A stretch of DNA of 46,946 nt. Origin: an uncultured Bacteroidales bacterium. Lineage in GTDB: Bacteria > Bacteroidota > Bacteroidia > Bacteroidales > UBA10428. Shown here in pieces: positions 33,980 to 43,609 of this stretch. Positions within the stretch are counted from its first letter, which is position 1; each line of letters opens with the position of its first letter. The position numbers and the translations under genes were made by a program. The notes below the pieces were generated by a model. That model was not told the origin of the DNA, did not search any database, and saw only the letters and a list, made by a program, of their open reading frames with translations. The stretch spans positions 1-46,946 of the forward strand of contig CAYVBH010000002.1 in assembly GCA_964449015.1 (NCBI GenBank), given 5' to 3'.

Positions 33980-36460
33980 TTAAACAATGTTCCAGTTGAC
34001 ATTTTCGTTTTTTCCAAGAGTAAGTTGAACTGTGGAACCTCTTGTGATTTCATCGGCAATGATCATTTTCGAAAGAGGGCGACGCAGCCGGCTTCTGATA
34101 ATTCCAACAATTGGCCTGGCGCCATACTTTGGGGTAAATCCAGCCATGGCAAGCTTTTCTTTGGCATGTGGGTCAATATCAAGACTTATGCCTTTATCTT
34201 TCAGCAATTTGTAAAGACTTTTCATGTGGATATCAAAGATCTTTACCACATTTTCTTTGTTAATTGGAGCAAATGGTACAATTTCAGTTAATCTCCCCAG
34301 AAACTCCGGACGGAAGTATTTGCTCATTATCTCCATCAGATCATCAGATGACGGAATTTTTCCTTTATCAAACGATTCAACGATAAACTGACTTCCTATA
34401 TTGGAGGTGAATAATATGATGGCATTTGAAAAATCACCTTCCTTGCCTAACCGGTCGTGAAGTTTTCCTTCATCAAGAATTTGCAGGAAAATATCGAATA
34501 CCGAAGAATGTGCCTTTTCTATCTCATCGAAAAGAACAACCGAATAGGGTTTTTGCCTGATTTTGTTTACCAGAAGCCCGCCCTCTTCATAACCGACATA
34601 CCCCGGAGGCGCGCCATAAAGTAAGGCGGCTGAATGTTCTTCCTTAAATTCAGACATATCAAAACGGATCAGGAAAGACTCGTCCTGGAACAGGAATTCC
34701 GCAAGAGATTTGGCAAGTTCCGTTTTTCCTGTTCCGGTAGGCCCAAGGAAAAAGAAGGATCCGATAGGCTGCCCGGCTTTATTCAGTCCTGACCTGGATT
34801 CAAGGATAGCCTCGGCAATACTCTTCAATGCGTGGTCCTGGCCTATCACTCTTTTCTTCAGGTGCTCTTCAATATTCAATAACCGATCTCTCTCTTTGCT
34901 CTGAACCTTGCCCAGCGGTATACCGGTACGGGCCGAAACAATAGCCCCGATATCCGATTTATCAAGTGCTTCTACTTTGTTGCCGGCATGTTTCTCAAGA
35001 TCAGTTAAGATTTTATTGCAGTATTTGTAAATTTCAGTCCCGGAATTAAGCTGGGCCGTTTTCTCTTCCTCATTTAATTTTGAAAACAGGATGGGTGAGA
35101 TTTGATTCTTCAGATCAGTATAAAACCATTCCAATTCACCTGTCTTCAGGTTCCCTTCATCTTTTGGTTCAAGGTTTTTAAGTTGATGGTTCAGTTCTTC
35201 AATTTTACCGGATGAGATATCCGTCATCAGCCGTACTCCAGACATAGCATGGTCTATCAGATCGATAGCCGAATCAGGCAGCGATCGCTCTTTCAGATAC
35301 CTTTTTGAAAGTCTTACGGCTTCTGCAATAACTTCTTCACCGGCCTTCAGCTGATGGTGATTTTCATAAGCAGGAATGACCTCTTTCAACATTCTTAAGG
35401 CTAACAAATCGTCAGGTTCCTCAATCTTCACTATTTCGAACTGTCTGTCAAAAGCTTCGTCGGTTTCAATGCATTTAGTGTAATTGTCAATGGATGTTGT
35501 CCCAATGATAGTCAGGTTACCACGTGACAGTTCCGGTTTCAACAGATTGGCAGCACCTGCGGTACCTCCTTGTTGATCAAGGATCATGTGGATCTCATCC
35601 ACAAAAAGTATTGCCTTATCAAACTGTTGAATTTCTTTAATGATGCTTTTCAGGCGGTCTTCGATTTCTCCCTTATAGGAAGCTCCGGCTATCAGTGAAC
35701 CAAAATCAAGTTCAAAAATCCGGATGTTTTTCAGGTTTTCAGGCACTTTACCTTCAACTACCATCTGGGTAAAACCGTTTACCAATGCGGTTTTCCCGAC
35801 TCCGGCATCGCCAAGGATCAAAACATTGGATTTTGATCTGCGTCCAAGTATTTCGGCAATTGCCCTCAATTCGCTGTCGCGGCCTATTACCGGATCCAGC
35901 TTTTTCTGAATAGCCTGTTCATTTTTATCAATACAGAATTTTAAAATGGCGTTGGTTCCAGGCTTTTTCTCTTTACCGGTTGCCGACGCACCTGAATCTC
36001 CTATCACGCTTTTCAGATCGTTTTTGGATGCAATTGCATCCAGTACTTCCTGGGATGTCAGGGTAAATGATTTTAGCTGTTCATAGGTAAAACCGACCCC
36101 CGGAATGCAAATAGCTGCCAAAACGCATATGGGATCTGTTTCGTCTCTTGAAAGTTTAATCCTGACGTTGTCGGCTTCATGCAGGACAGCTTTAAACTGG
36201 TTATCCCCGGAAGGATTCTCAACGGCTTTTGACGATTTCGGACCGGCTTCTATCCTCACTTCAGCCCACTCTTCCATATAATAGATATCCTTGTTGAGCG
36301 AAAGCAGAAAGTCACTAAGCCCAACATCTTTATGAAACAAGGCTTTTAATAAGTGAGAAGGTGAGATTTTATCGTGAGAGTTTTCCCTTGCTAAGGATTG
36401 AGAAATATTAATTGCCCGTTTCAGCTCATCAGAGTACTGAATATGGTTTTCACCTTCCAT
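33980..36460 (-). CDS. clpV: AAA+ ATPase ClpV (TssH)
   Basis: 826 aa with a Clp N-domain. There are two Walker A motifs (GDAGVGKTA; GPTGTGKTE), Walker B motifs (LFVDEIH; VLFDEIEKA), and a ClpB-D2-small C-terminus. Confidence 0.95.
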   Translation of the reverse strand: MEGENHIQYSDELKRAINISQSLARENSHDKISPSHLLKALFHKDVGLSDFLLSLNKDIYYMEEWAEVRIEAGPKSSKAVENPSGDNQFKAVLHEADNVRIKLSRDETDPICVLAAICIPGVGFTYEQLKSFTLTSQEVLDAIASKNDLKSVIGDSGASATGKEKKPGTNAILKFCIDKNEQAIQKKLDPVIGRDSELRAIAEILGRRSKSNVLILGDAGVGKTALVNGFTQMVVEGKVPENLKNIRIFELDFGSLIAGASYKGEIEDRLKSIIKEIQQFDKAILFVDEIHMILDQQGGTAGAANLLKPELSRGNLTIIGTTSIDNYTKCIETDEAFDRQFEIVKIEEPDDLLALRMLKEVIPAYENHHQLKAGEEVIAEAVRLSKRYLKERSLPDSAIDLIDHAMSGVRLMTDISSGKIEELNHQLKNLEPKDEGNLKTGELEWFYTDLKNQISPILFSKLNEEEKTAQLNSGTEIYKYCNKILTDLEKHAGNKVEALDKSDIGAIVSARTGIPLGKVQSKERDRLLNIEEHLKKRVIGQDHALKSIAEAILESRSGLNKAGQPIGSFFFLGPTGTGKTELAKSLAEFLFQDESFLIRFDMSEFKEEHSAALLYGAPPGYVGYEEGGLLVNKIRQKPYSVVLFDEIEKAHSSVFDIFLQILDEGKLHDRLGKEGDFSNAIILFTSNIGSQFIVESFDKGKIPSSDDLMEIMSKYFRPEFLGRLTEIVPFAPINKENVVKIFDIHMKSLYKLLKDKGISLDIDPHAKEKLAMAGFTPKYGARPIVGIIRSRLRRPLSKMIIADEITRGSTVQLTLGKNENVNWNIV

Positions 36461-36635
36461 TCTGGTGAATTAGGGTTTGCTATATAAATTTATGACTTTT
36501 TTAAATAAAGAGCATAATAATAACACACTTTTTTTTCATTTTCAGGAATTTAACGTGCTTTCCCTGACAAAAAAAAGGTCCCTAAATAAGGTTTACATTT
36601 CCAAATTGTATAATTTTATATAGAATTATGCTGAT

Positions 36636-37583
36636 GTGTCAAAACTCGATGAAATATCGCAATATGTCAATCAGCTGTCCTTTGACGTGAGAGCCGAAAT
36701 GCTCGTAGCTTTCCTGTGTGAACAAAGAGTTGACCTGAGTGAAATCATGGCGGCTTTCGACGGTCAGTTAAAGAGAGACTGGTCGCAAGATATAGCCTGG
36801 TCAACAGCGGATCGCCTTGAGACCGGCGACCAACTGCTTACCCTGCACCTAAACCGTGACGGTATTTACGACATCCTTCCTGAGGTACTTTTCCACAGCA
36901 GCATTGAGAATGAAAGCCAATCGGGTAAAGAAATGGCCAAAGATTCTATGAAACTCAGGACTGAGGAAAAGGAAGCAAGGGTATTTTTTCAGCCTTTTGA
37001 AAATGAGATCTTTTTGCAGCGGGTACAATTGGCATTAATGGAAAACAGGCTTTCCAAAAGCGTATTTACCGAATTCCTCATGGGTTGTATCCCATACTTT
37101 TGGAAAATAGATTATGATTTGCCGGAAGATTATGTTGCACGGATGAAAAAGTTCCTGCCTTTTGTACATCGGATAACAGGAAATTTAATCCTGACTGCCC
37201 AATGTCTTGAATATATTCTGAACGAAATGGTTATAATAACCATTTCTGATGAACCTATAGGTGAAACTGCAGTTGAAGATTTCCAGCCTATGGGAATTCT
37301 GGGTAAAAGCATACTAGGGATTGATTCAATTTCAGGGAATCGGGTCGATGCCTTAGCTAAACGTATCCTGTTTTCCATTGGGCCCATAATAAATCATAAA
37401 ACCGATGAACGGGTGAAAGATGGCATAATGACCAGATTCCTTGATTGTTTCTACGGTTATTTTGTTCCTTTTGAATTTGAAACAGCCACGGATTTTATTT
37501 TCAAATCAGAGCAAAGTGAGTTCATTTTAACTGATTATTCAGACACTAAAATATCCTGCCTGGGCTATAATTCTGTAATATAG
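36636..37583 (+). CDS. tssG: Putative baseplate subunit TssG-like protein (GTG start)
   Basis: 315 aa and the first gene of the plus-strand baseplate operon (x-tssK-tssE-tssF). The assignment is by elimination, size and position, not by a recognised motif. Confidence 0.45.
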   Translation: MSKLDEISQYVNQLSFDVRAEMLVAFLCEQRVDLSEIMAAFDGQLKRDWSQDIAWSTADRLETGDQLLTLHLNRDGIYDILPEVLFHSSIENESQSGKEMAKDSMKLRTEEKEARVFFQPFENEIFLQRVQLALMENRLSKSVFTEFLMGCIPYFWKIDYDLPEDYVARMKKFLPFVHRITGNLILTAQCLEYILNEMVIITISDEPIGETAVEDFQPMGILGKSILGIDSISGNRVDALAKRILFSIGPIINHKTDERVKDGIMTRFLDCFYGYFVPFEFETATDFIFKSEQSEFILTDYSDTKISCLGYNSVI

Positions 37584-37609
37584 TATAAATGATTAATATA
37601 TAGAAAATT

Positions 37610-38746
37610 ATGCCTGCTCCAATAAAGTACCCTGATGTTAACTGGATTAATGGAATGAAAATCACAAAGGATCATTTCATCCAGCAGGAAAATGCCTTTG
37701 AAGACAAAATAAAAGATGTATCTGCCTGTTTTCTCAACAACTTCAATTATGGTTTGTTACCGATGTGGGGAAGCAAGGATACTTCATTTAGTGTTGTTTT
37801 GAAAATCAGTAATCAAAAGTTTCTTTCTGTTTCAATATCCCAGATCAGGGCATTAACACAGGGAGGTTCGCGAATTGAGATCCTTGAAAGTAATAATCCA
37901 CTGGCGTTTTCCATTGATCTTTCAGGAGAAATTGAAGCCAGTAAGAAAGAAGACAACAGGGTATTTTACATCATACTGAATATTAATCCGTTTTTGAAAG
38001 AACCCTTTGGAGAATTGATATCTGATGAGGAGCCTCCCCGTTATCCTTTTGCAAAACCTTCCTATTCGGTTAGTCTGATTCCGGAAAAGCAGGCTCCCGG
38101 TGAAGGCATCCTTCCTTTCACTCTGCTTATCGGTAAACTTTTTCTAAAACCCGATAGAATCGAATTGTTTGACGAGTATCTTCCTGCCTGTATGTCAATA
38201 AAAAGCCATAGTACGTTAATTGGATTTTACTCGATGGTTGAAAAGTTTTATAATCAATTGGAATTAAATCTTTTAAGCATAATCGGTAAAATAAAGGAAA
38301 AGGGACAGGACTCAACGCTTGCCTTATCAGTACTGACACTGGCACTGAATCTTCTTAATTTTATAAGCATTAATAATCTTAAAATCCGTTGGCGAATCCC
38401 TGATCAGCCTCCAATAGGCTTATTTGAAAATATTGCCGGTTTTGCCCGTATTATAAAAAATACGATTGATTGTAACACCGCTGCACATAAGGAAGAGCTT
38501 TTGAATTATTTCACCAGCTGGTCTGAGTTGAAACAAGGCGACTTTGAAAAGCTTCTGGTTTATTGCATAAATTTTGAATATAACCACAATGAGATTTCGA
38601 TCAGTATTGATCAGTTTTCTGAGTTTATTCACATTATGACATCTCTTTTTGCAAAGCTTGAATCGCTGGCCTACATTGGCAAGAAGAAAGAGACCAACAT
38701 TTTTGTAAAGGAACAGACCACAAAAAGAAGTTTCCTGGCTGAGTAA
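37610..38746 (+). CDS. tssK: Type VI secretion baseplate subunit TssK
   Basis: 378 aa. The N-terminus 'VNWINGMKITKDHFIQQENAF' parallels the TssK signature (V.W.EGM.L.PQHFQQQDRY). Confidence 0.75.
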   Translation: MPAPIKYPDVNWINGMKITKDHFIQQENAFEDKIKDVSACFLNNFNYGLLPMWGSKDTSFSVVLKISNQKFLSVSISQIRALTQGGSRIEILESNNPLAFSIDLSGEIEASKKEDNRVFYIILNINPFLKEPFGELISDEEPPRYPFAKPSYSVSLIPEKQAPGEGILPFTLLIGKLFLKPDRIELFDEYLPACMSIKSHSTLIGFYSMVEKFYNQLELNLLSIIGKIKEKGQDSTLALSVLTLALNLLNFISINNLKIRWRIPDQPPIGLFENIAGFARIIKNTIDCNTAAHKEELLNYFTSWSELKQGDFEKLLVYCINFEYNHNEISISIDQFSEFIHIMTSLFAKLESLAYIGKKKETNIFVKEQTTKRSFLAE

Positions 38747-38775
38747 TATAAAAGAAAAGAGGTTAATATCCTGCC

Positions 38776-39210
38776 ATGGTTGCAACCTATTTAAACATAC
38801 CAGTCAATTTCATGGACATCAAACGAAAAGGTGAGATCCCAAGAATAAGTGTAAATAACTCTATTCACAATATGATTCATCTGATCGTCACCACAGAATA
38901 TGGTGAGATGAGACACGATCCATCCTTTGGTTGTGATATATGGAGATTTGATTTTGAAAACATATACAACCTGCCTTCATTTAAGGAGGAATTAAAAAAA
39001 TCACTGCAAAATTCTGTTGTTAACAATGAAAAAAGGCTGAAAAACGTAAATATTGACCTTCAGATCGAGCAGGTTGAAATACCAACTAAGGTTAGTAACA
39101 AAAGAATTAAAATACGGGTAATTTTTGCTGTAAAAGGGGTAATAGAAAAAACAAATGAAGCATTCATGCACCAGGACAAATTTTTCATTGGTCCCTTGTC
39201 TTATAGCTAA
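38776..39210 (+). CDS. tssE: Type VI secretion baseplate subunit TssE (gp25/GPW family)
   Basis: 144 aa. 'SIHNMIHLIVTTEYGEMRHDPSFGCDIWRFDFE' fits the gp25-like motif. Confidence 0.85.
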   Translation: MVATYLNIPVNFMDIKRKGEIPRISVNNSIHNMIHLIVTTEYGEMRHDPSFGCDIWRFDFENIYNLPSFKEELKKSLQNSVVNNEKRLKNVNIDLQIEQVEIPTKVSNKRIKIRVIFAVKGVIEKTNEAFMHQDKFFIGPLSYS

Positions 39211-39251
39211 ACAATTAATTGTCAGTTTTAACTGCATTAAACAAAACCAGA

Positions 39252-41117
39252 ATGTTAGCAGATTCCAAAGATGCTATTAAGAGCAGAATGATTAGAAATG
39301 CCTCCGGTTTATGGGGATACACAGACACGCAGGATATTAATTCATTCGATCCGATTGTTGGAATGATAATTGGGGCTTTGGCTGAAGAAATTTATAATAT
39401 ATCAGGAGAGATAAAAAAGACCGATTCACGTATTGTTGAGAAATTGTTCGAACTTCTCATCAACCAGGAAGTAAGGACTCATTTTCCTGCCCATGCCCTG
39501 GCCAGGGCGAAAATCATTCAGCCAAGTGTTATTATCTCTGAATCATACCAGTTCAATTGCATCAAAAAAATCCCTAAATCAGTTAACGGGGAAACTGTCT
39601 ATGACAATAAAACTATTTATTTCACCCCATCGTCTGAACAGAGGCTGTTTAAGGGCGAGGTAATGTATGTTGCAGCAGGAAACCAGCTGTTTGAAGTTTC
39701 AGATCAGGGAAAAGAAACATTAGTGAATGCCGTTACAGGAACTGTCCCTGACTATACCAAATTATACATTGGATTGAAACTGGATAAACAGATAGATAAG
39801 ATTGACGGACTTTCTTTTGTATTTTTAGTTAAAAACAGGCAAAATGAAGAGCGGTTATACAGTTTGATTTCTACTGCAAGATGGAAAATAAATAATACGG
39901 ATGTACATTTCAGACAGGGATTTGATTTACAACAGAATGTTCAAAACAGAAGTCTATTGGAGACCTTCAGAAATGATAGCGACATCTCATTTATGACCTG
40001 TAATTACGTTAATGAGTTTTACAGGTCGAAATTCATGACAATTGAAAACCAAAACTATTTTCTGAAGAATTTTATACAAAAAGAGACATTACCTGACGAA
40101 TTGAAAAGTAGATTTCCTGCAAATGCTTTGAAATCAATTCCTGCGGATATTTTTTGGGTTGAAGCCCAATTATCCCAGCCATTTGCCCCTGAAACAATAA
40201 ACGATTTAACCATTTTGATGAATTGTTTTCCGGTGATTAACCGGGAATTGAATGAGTCCTCTCATATGCTGACATTGGGGACCAATGTTATTCCCCTGAT
40301 TACTGAGGACATGTTCTTCGACATCAGATCAATTACGGACACAAAGGGGACTCAGTACAAACCGCTTAATTCCTTCAACAACGAAAATGCCGATCAGGAG
40401 GGTTATATGGTAAGGCAAGGCGGTGTTGCCCGTTTTGATTCACGCGATGCAAAAGAAACTATCAATCACCTGATTGACCTGATCAGGGATGAACGTGCGG
40501 GTTTTTCAGCACTGGGAACAGACTTGATTTCATCAGAGCTGAAACAACTTGATCAGATCATTTCACGGTTAAAACAACGCCTTGAAGCTAGTAATGTCGG
40601 TGATGATTCAAATTCCTATTTACTGGTTAACTGTAATTCAAATTATAACAGAGTGAATGTTCAGTTTTGGTCAACTTGCGGAGAAATGGCCAATGACATA
40701 AGATCAAATTCAAAACTAACTGTCTATAACGGCATCGATCTTGATATCAATAGCGTATTTCTGTTATCAAATACTTTCGGAGGAAGGCAAAAGTTATCAA
40801 AGGAGGATAAATTGAACCGACTTCGGCGTATGTTGTTGTCAAAGGGCAGGATTGTCACCCGTGAAGATATTAAAGCCCTGTGTTTCGAGCATTTTGGACC
40901 CGTTTTGTCAGAAGTTGAAATTAAAATAGGAGTGCACCATGATTCATCTCCGGGAAAAGGGCTTTTAAGGTCACTCGATATTTACCTGACCATTGACAAA
41001 CAAAGTAAATTTACAAATGAGGAACTGGAACTAAAGACCGATGAATTAAAAGTCAGGTTAAAACAGGAATCCATCAATCTTTTGCCTTTTAGGATTTTCA
41101 TCAGTAAAATGAGCTAA
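39252..41117 (+). CDS. tssF: Type VI secretion baseplate subunit TssF
   Basis: About 621 aa from the ATG at 39252 (the ORF is open from a TTG at 39219). The length and its position after tssE fit TssF. The start codon is uncertain. Confidence 0.7.
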   Translation: MLADSKDAIKSRMIRNASGLWGYTDTQDINSFDPIVGMIIGALAEEIYNISGEIKKTDSRIVEKLFELLINQEVRTHFPAHALARAKIIQPSVIISESYQFNCIKKIPKSVNGETVYDNKTIYFTPSSEQRLFKGEVMYVAAGNQLFEVSDQGKETLVNAVTGTVPDYTKLYIGLKLDKQIDKIDGLSFVFLVKNRQNEERLYSLISTARWKINNTDVHFRQGFDLQQNVQNRSLLETFRNDSDISFMTCNYVNEFYRSKFMTIENQNYFLKNFIQKETLPDELKSRFPANALKSIPADIFWVEAQLSQPFAPETINDLTILMNCFPVINRELNESSHMLTLGTNVIPLITEDMFFDIRSITDTKGTQYKPLNSFNNENADQEGYMVRQGGVARFDSRDAKETINHLIDLIRDERAGFSALGTDLISSELKQLDQIISRLKQRLEASNVGDDSNSYLLVNCNSNYNRVNVQFWSTCGEMANDIRSNSKLTVYNGIDLDINSVFLLSNTFGGRQKLSKEDKLNRLRRMLLSKGRIVTREDIKALCFEHFGPVLSEVEIKIGVHHDSSPGKGLLRSLDIYLTIDKQSKFTNEELELKTDELKVRLKQESINLLPFRIFISKMS

Positions 41118-41161
41118 AAGAAATCTGATTCCCTAAAATTTGCACTTTTCGTTAATCTGAT

Positions 41162-41169
41162 TATTTTTG
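41162..41169 (+). promoter_or_regulatory. Candidate -7 promoter element (TAnnTTTG) upstream of fabD
   Basis: Exact 'tatttttg' ends 24 nt upstream of the ATG at 41194. Confidence 0.3.
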
Positions 41170-41193
41170 TCAGTTACATCAATAATCTTTTTT

Positions 41194-42075
41194 ATGAAGG
41201 CATACGTTTTCCCCGGACAGGGCGCACAATTTGTTGGAATGGGAAAAGACCTCTACGAACGTTTTCCCCAAGCTAAGGAACTATTTGAAAAAGCAAACGA
41301 TATTCTCGGATTCAGGATTACCGACCTGATGTTTGCGGGCACTGATGAAGACTTGAGACAAACTAAGGTTACACAACCTGCAATATTCCTGCATTCTGTG
41401 ATTCTGGCCAAAGTGCTGGGCGGTGATTTCAACCCCGATATGACTGCAGGGCACTCCCTGGGTGAATTCTCGGCATTGGTTGCAGCTGAAGCACTGTCAT
41501 TTGAAAATGGTCTGAAGCTGGTTTCGCAACGTGCCATGGCCATGCAAAAAGCCTGTGAATTGCAGCCTTCAACCATGGCTGCCATACTTGGCCTCGAAGA
41601 CGAAGTAGTTGAAAAGGCCTGCCGCGAAATTGATGCAGTCGTTGTACCTGCAAATTATAACAGCCCAGGCCAGATTGTTATTTCCGGCTCCATTGAAGGA
41701 ATCGACCAGGCCATTGAAAAACTTACCGCTGCCGGTGCAAAAAGAGCTTTGAAGCTTTCAGTTGGCGGAGCCTTTCATTCTCCCATCATGGAACCTGCCC
41801 GGCTCGATCTGGAAAAAGCCATTGACGCAGCTGTAATCAGCAAACCACGCTGCCCGGTTTACCAGAATGTTACTGCCAAACCTACCACCGACCCGGTAGT
41901 TATACGGGAAAACATTAAGAAACAGTTAACTGCACCTGTCAAGTGGACCCAGACTGTAAAAAATATGCTTGCTGACGGAGCTGTGCAATTCTACGAAGTT
42001 GGTCCCGGTACTGTGCTGCAGGGACTTATCAAGAAGGTTGACCGCGCTGTTGCCGCGGAAAGCGTTAAAATATAA
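41194..42075 (+). CDS. fabD: ACP S-malonyltransferase
   Basis: 'MKAYVFPGQGAQFVGMG' and the active-site 'GHSLGEFSAL' are canonical. The ORF track's upstream TTG/ATG extension from 41167 is unlikely. Confidence 0.95.
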   Translation: MKAYVFPGQGAQFVGMGKDLYERFPQAKELFEKANDILGFRITDLMFAGTDEDLRQTKVTQPAIFLHSVILAKVLGGDFNPDMTAGHSLGEFSALVAAEALSFENGLKLVSQRAMAMQKACELQPSTMAAILGLEDEVVEKACREIDAVVVPANYNSPGQIVISGSIEGIDQAIEKLTAAGAKRALKLSVGGAFHSPIMEPARLDLEKAIDAAVISKPRCPVYQNVTAKPTTDPVVIRENIKKQLTAPVKWTQTVKNMLADGAVQFYEVGPGTVLQGLIKKVDRAVAAESVKI

Positions 42076-42100
42076 GGAGCAGCGCATAAAGCGCTACTCC
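42076..42100. terminator. Hairpin between convergent genes (candidate bidirectional terminator)
   Basis: ggagcagcgc-ataaa-gcgctactcc forms a 10-bp stem with one mismatch. It starts 1 nt after the fabD stop codon. There is no clear U-tract. Confidence 0.45.
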
Positions 42101-42128
42101 TTGGAACTATATAGTGAAAAAAAAGAGC

Positions 42129-42788
42129 TCAGACCTGCATGCCTTCTTTTGTCGTTTTGATTTTCCATTCATTAAAATAATAGTACTTCACATCATTGAT
42201 GATCCTGTAAAGGGAGTTGATCCAGTAATTACGCAGGCCAAAACCCTGCGGTTGACCTCTTAACCGCCTCTGGAACAATACCTCCCGGGTATCCATATTG
42301 ATAGCGACAAAATGAAAGTATGCTTCCTCGGCACTCTTGTTCAGGCTTTCTGCAACAAAAACAACCCCAATACCCTGCCTTCCTGCCAGGTCATACTGCG
42401 AAACAATGTGGCTGATATCATCTGGTAACAGCACAACAGCATTATAACTTTCCAGGCTATCGGGATTGGTTCGGGCATTCACCGAGTTGATCATTTCCAG
42501 ATCGTAATAAACATTATATTTCCTTAACATGCCGCGGATATCATATTTTTCACGCTCATCAACAACCACCCTGTTCCACCGCGGAAAATAAAAATCACGT
42601 ATTTCCATCACATTCTTTCTTCCGGCTTCAAAAAATTCTGTGAAATTGCCGATCAGCTTTACATGCGAAAAATCAATTCCGAGATAGGTAATTTTAGTAT
42701 CTGTTGAACCAAACAAATCATCAACACTTTGTGCTTTCAATGATATTGCAGCAAAAAGTACTAGAAAAACAAAGATTAGCTTCCTCAT
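42129..42788 (-). CDS. Secreted hypothetical protein
   Basis: 219 aa with a clean signal peptide (MRKLIFVFLVLFAAISLKAQS). I recognise no family. Confidence 0.6.
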   Translation of the reverse strand: MRKLIFVFLVLFAAISLKAQSVDDLFGSTDTKITYLGIDFSHVKLIGNFTEFFEAGRKNVMEIRDFYFPRWNRVVVDEREKYDIRGMLRKYNVYYDLEMINSVNARTNPDSLESYNAVVLLPDDISHIVSQYDLAGRQGIGVVFVAESLNKSAEEAYFHFVAINMDTREVLFQRRLRGQPQGFGLRNYWINSLYRIINDVKYYYFNEWKIKTTKEGMQV

Positions 42789-42904
42789 ATCGTAGATCTT
42801 TAAAAGTTGTACAATGGTTTAACAGGATTAACATCCTTTATAAACCAAAGACAACATAAATCTATCGGGGTTGCAAAACAGGTTTAGCAAAACAGGATAA
42901 TTAT

Positions 42905-42921
42905 GCCGTTATGTCAACGGC
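42905..42921 (-). terminator. Weak hairpin downstream of the 168-aa gene
   Basis: gccgtt-atgtc-aacggc forms a 6-bp stem about 25 nt past the stop codon on the minus strand. Confidence 0.25.
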
Positions 42922-42945
42922 AACAAATGAGGAAAATCAAAATGA

Positions 42946-43452
42946 TCAGCCGCGTTTTTGAGGCTCGCCGGTTTTCAGTGCGGTAAAGTATAATGATCCG
43001 TTGATCAGGCTCATGTCAATGATGTCAAAGCCGCTTCGGATAAGCTTGCTGCAAGCTCTCACAGAATAGGATACGTGGGTTTTTCCAATGAAAATTCCGG
43101 CATCAGGTAACAAAGTATTTACTGCCCTGAAAACCTTTCCCGGTTTACGTCCCTGACTGGCCGGTTCGAAATTGATAATGGCTCTTATGTTATCAAAATC
43201 AACATGATCGAGGTAGGAACAATTACAGGTAGTTACTATAATGCTGTTTGAATAAGCGCTTAGATCGAGCTGCTCGGCAATGTAAAACAATACCTCCCTG
43301 TCGGATTCACTGAGAATGATTCTTTCAAGAGAATTCAGAGATTCAGGTTTACCATGAAATCTGTTTTGCAAGTCTTCCTTTACCTTTAACCTGTATTGCT
43401 CAAATTCTGTATCTACAAGCATTTCCTGATGGTTATCTACAATTGCTTTCAT
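42946..43452 (-). CDS. Hypothetical cytoplasmic protein
   Basis: A 168-aa ORF with no signal peptide and no recognised motif. Confidence 0.45.
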   Translation of the reverse strand: MKAIVDNHQEMLVDTEFEQYRLKVKEDLQNRFHGKPESLNSLERIILSESDREVLFYIAEQLDLSAYSNSIIVTTCNCSYLDHVDFDNIRAIINFEPASQGRKPGKVFRAVNTLLPDAGIFIGKTHVSYSVRACSKLIRSGFDIIDMSLINGSLYFTALKTGEPQKRG

Positions 43453-43609
43453 GTAGGATTGCGTTTTGGTTTTAGTTAAAAGTTCACTGATAGGTTTTGT
43501 TGCTTACTAAAACGAAAACACGTTGCAAAGAGTGACAAATAGTTTATAAACCCCGATCAAACAATTGACGAATTTACATTTTATGACGATGAATGAAAAA
43601 ATGCCTGAT

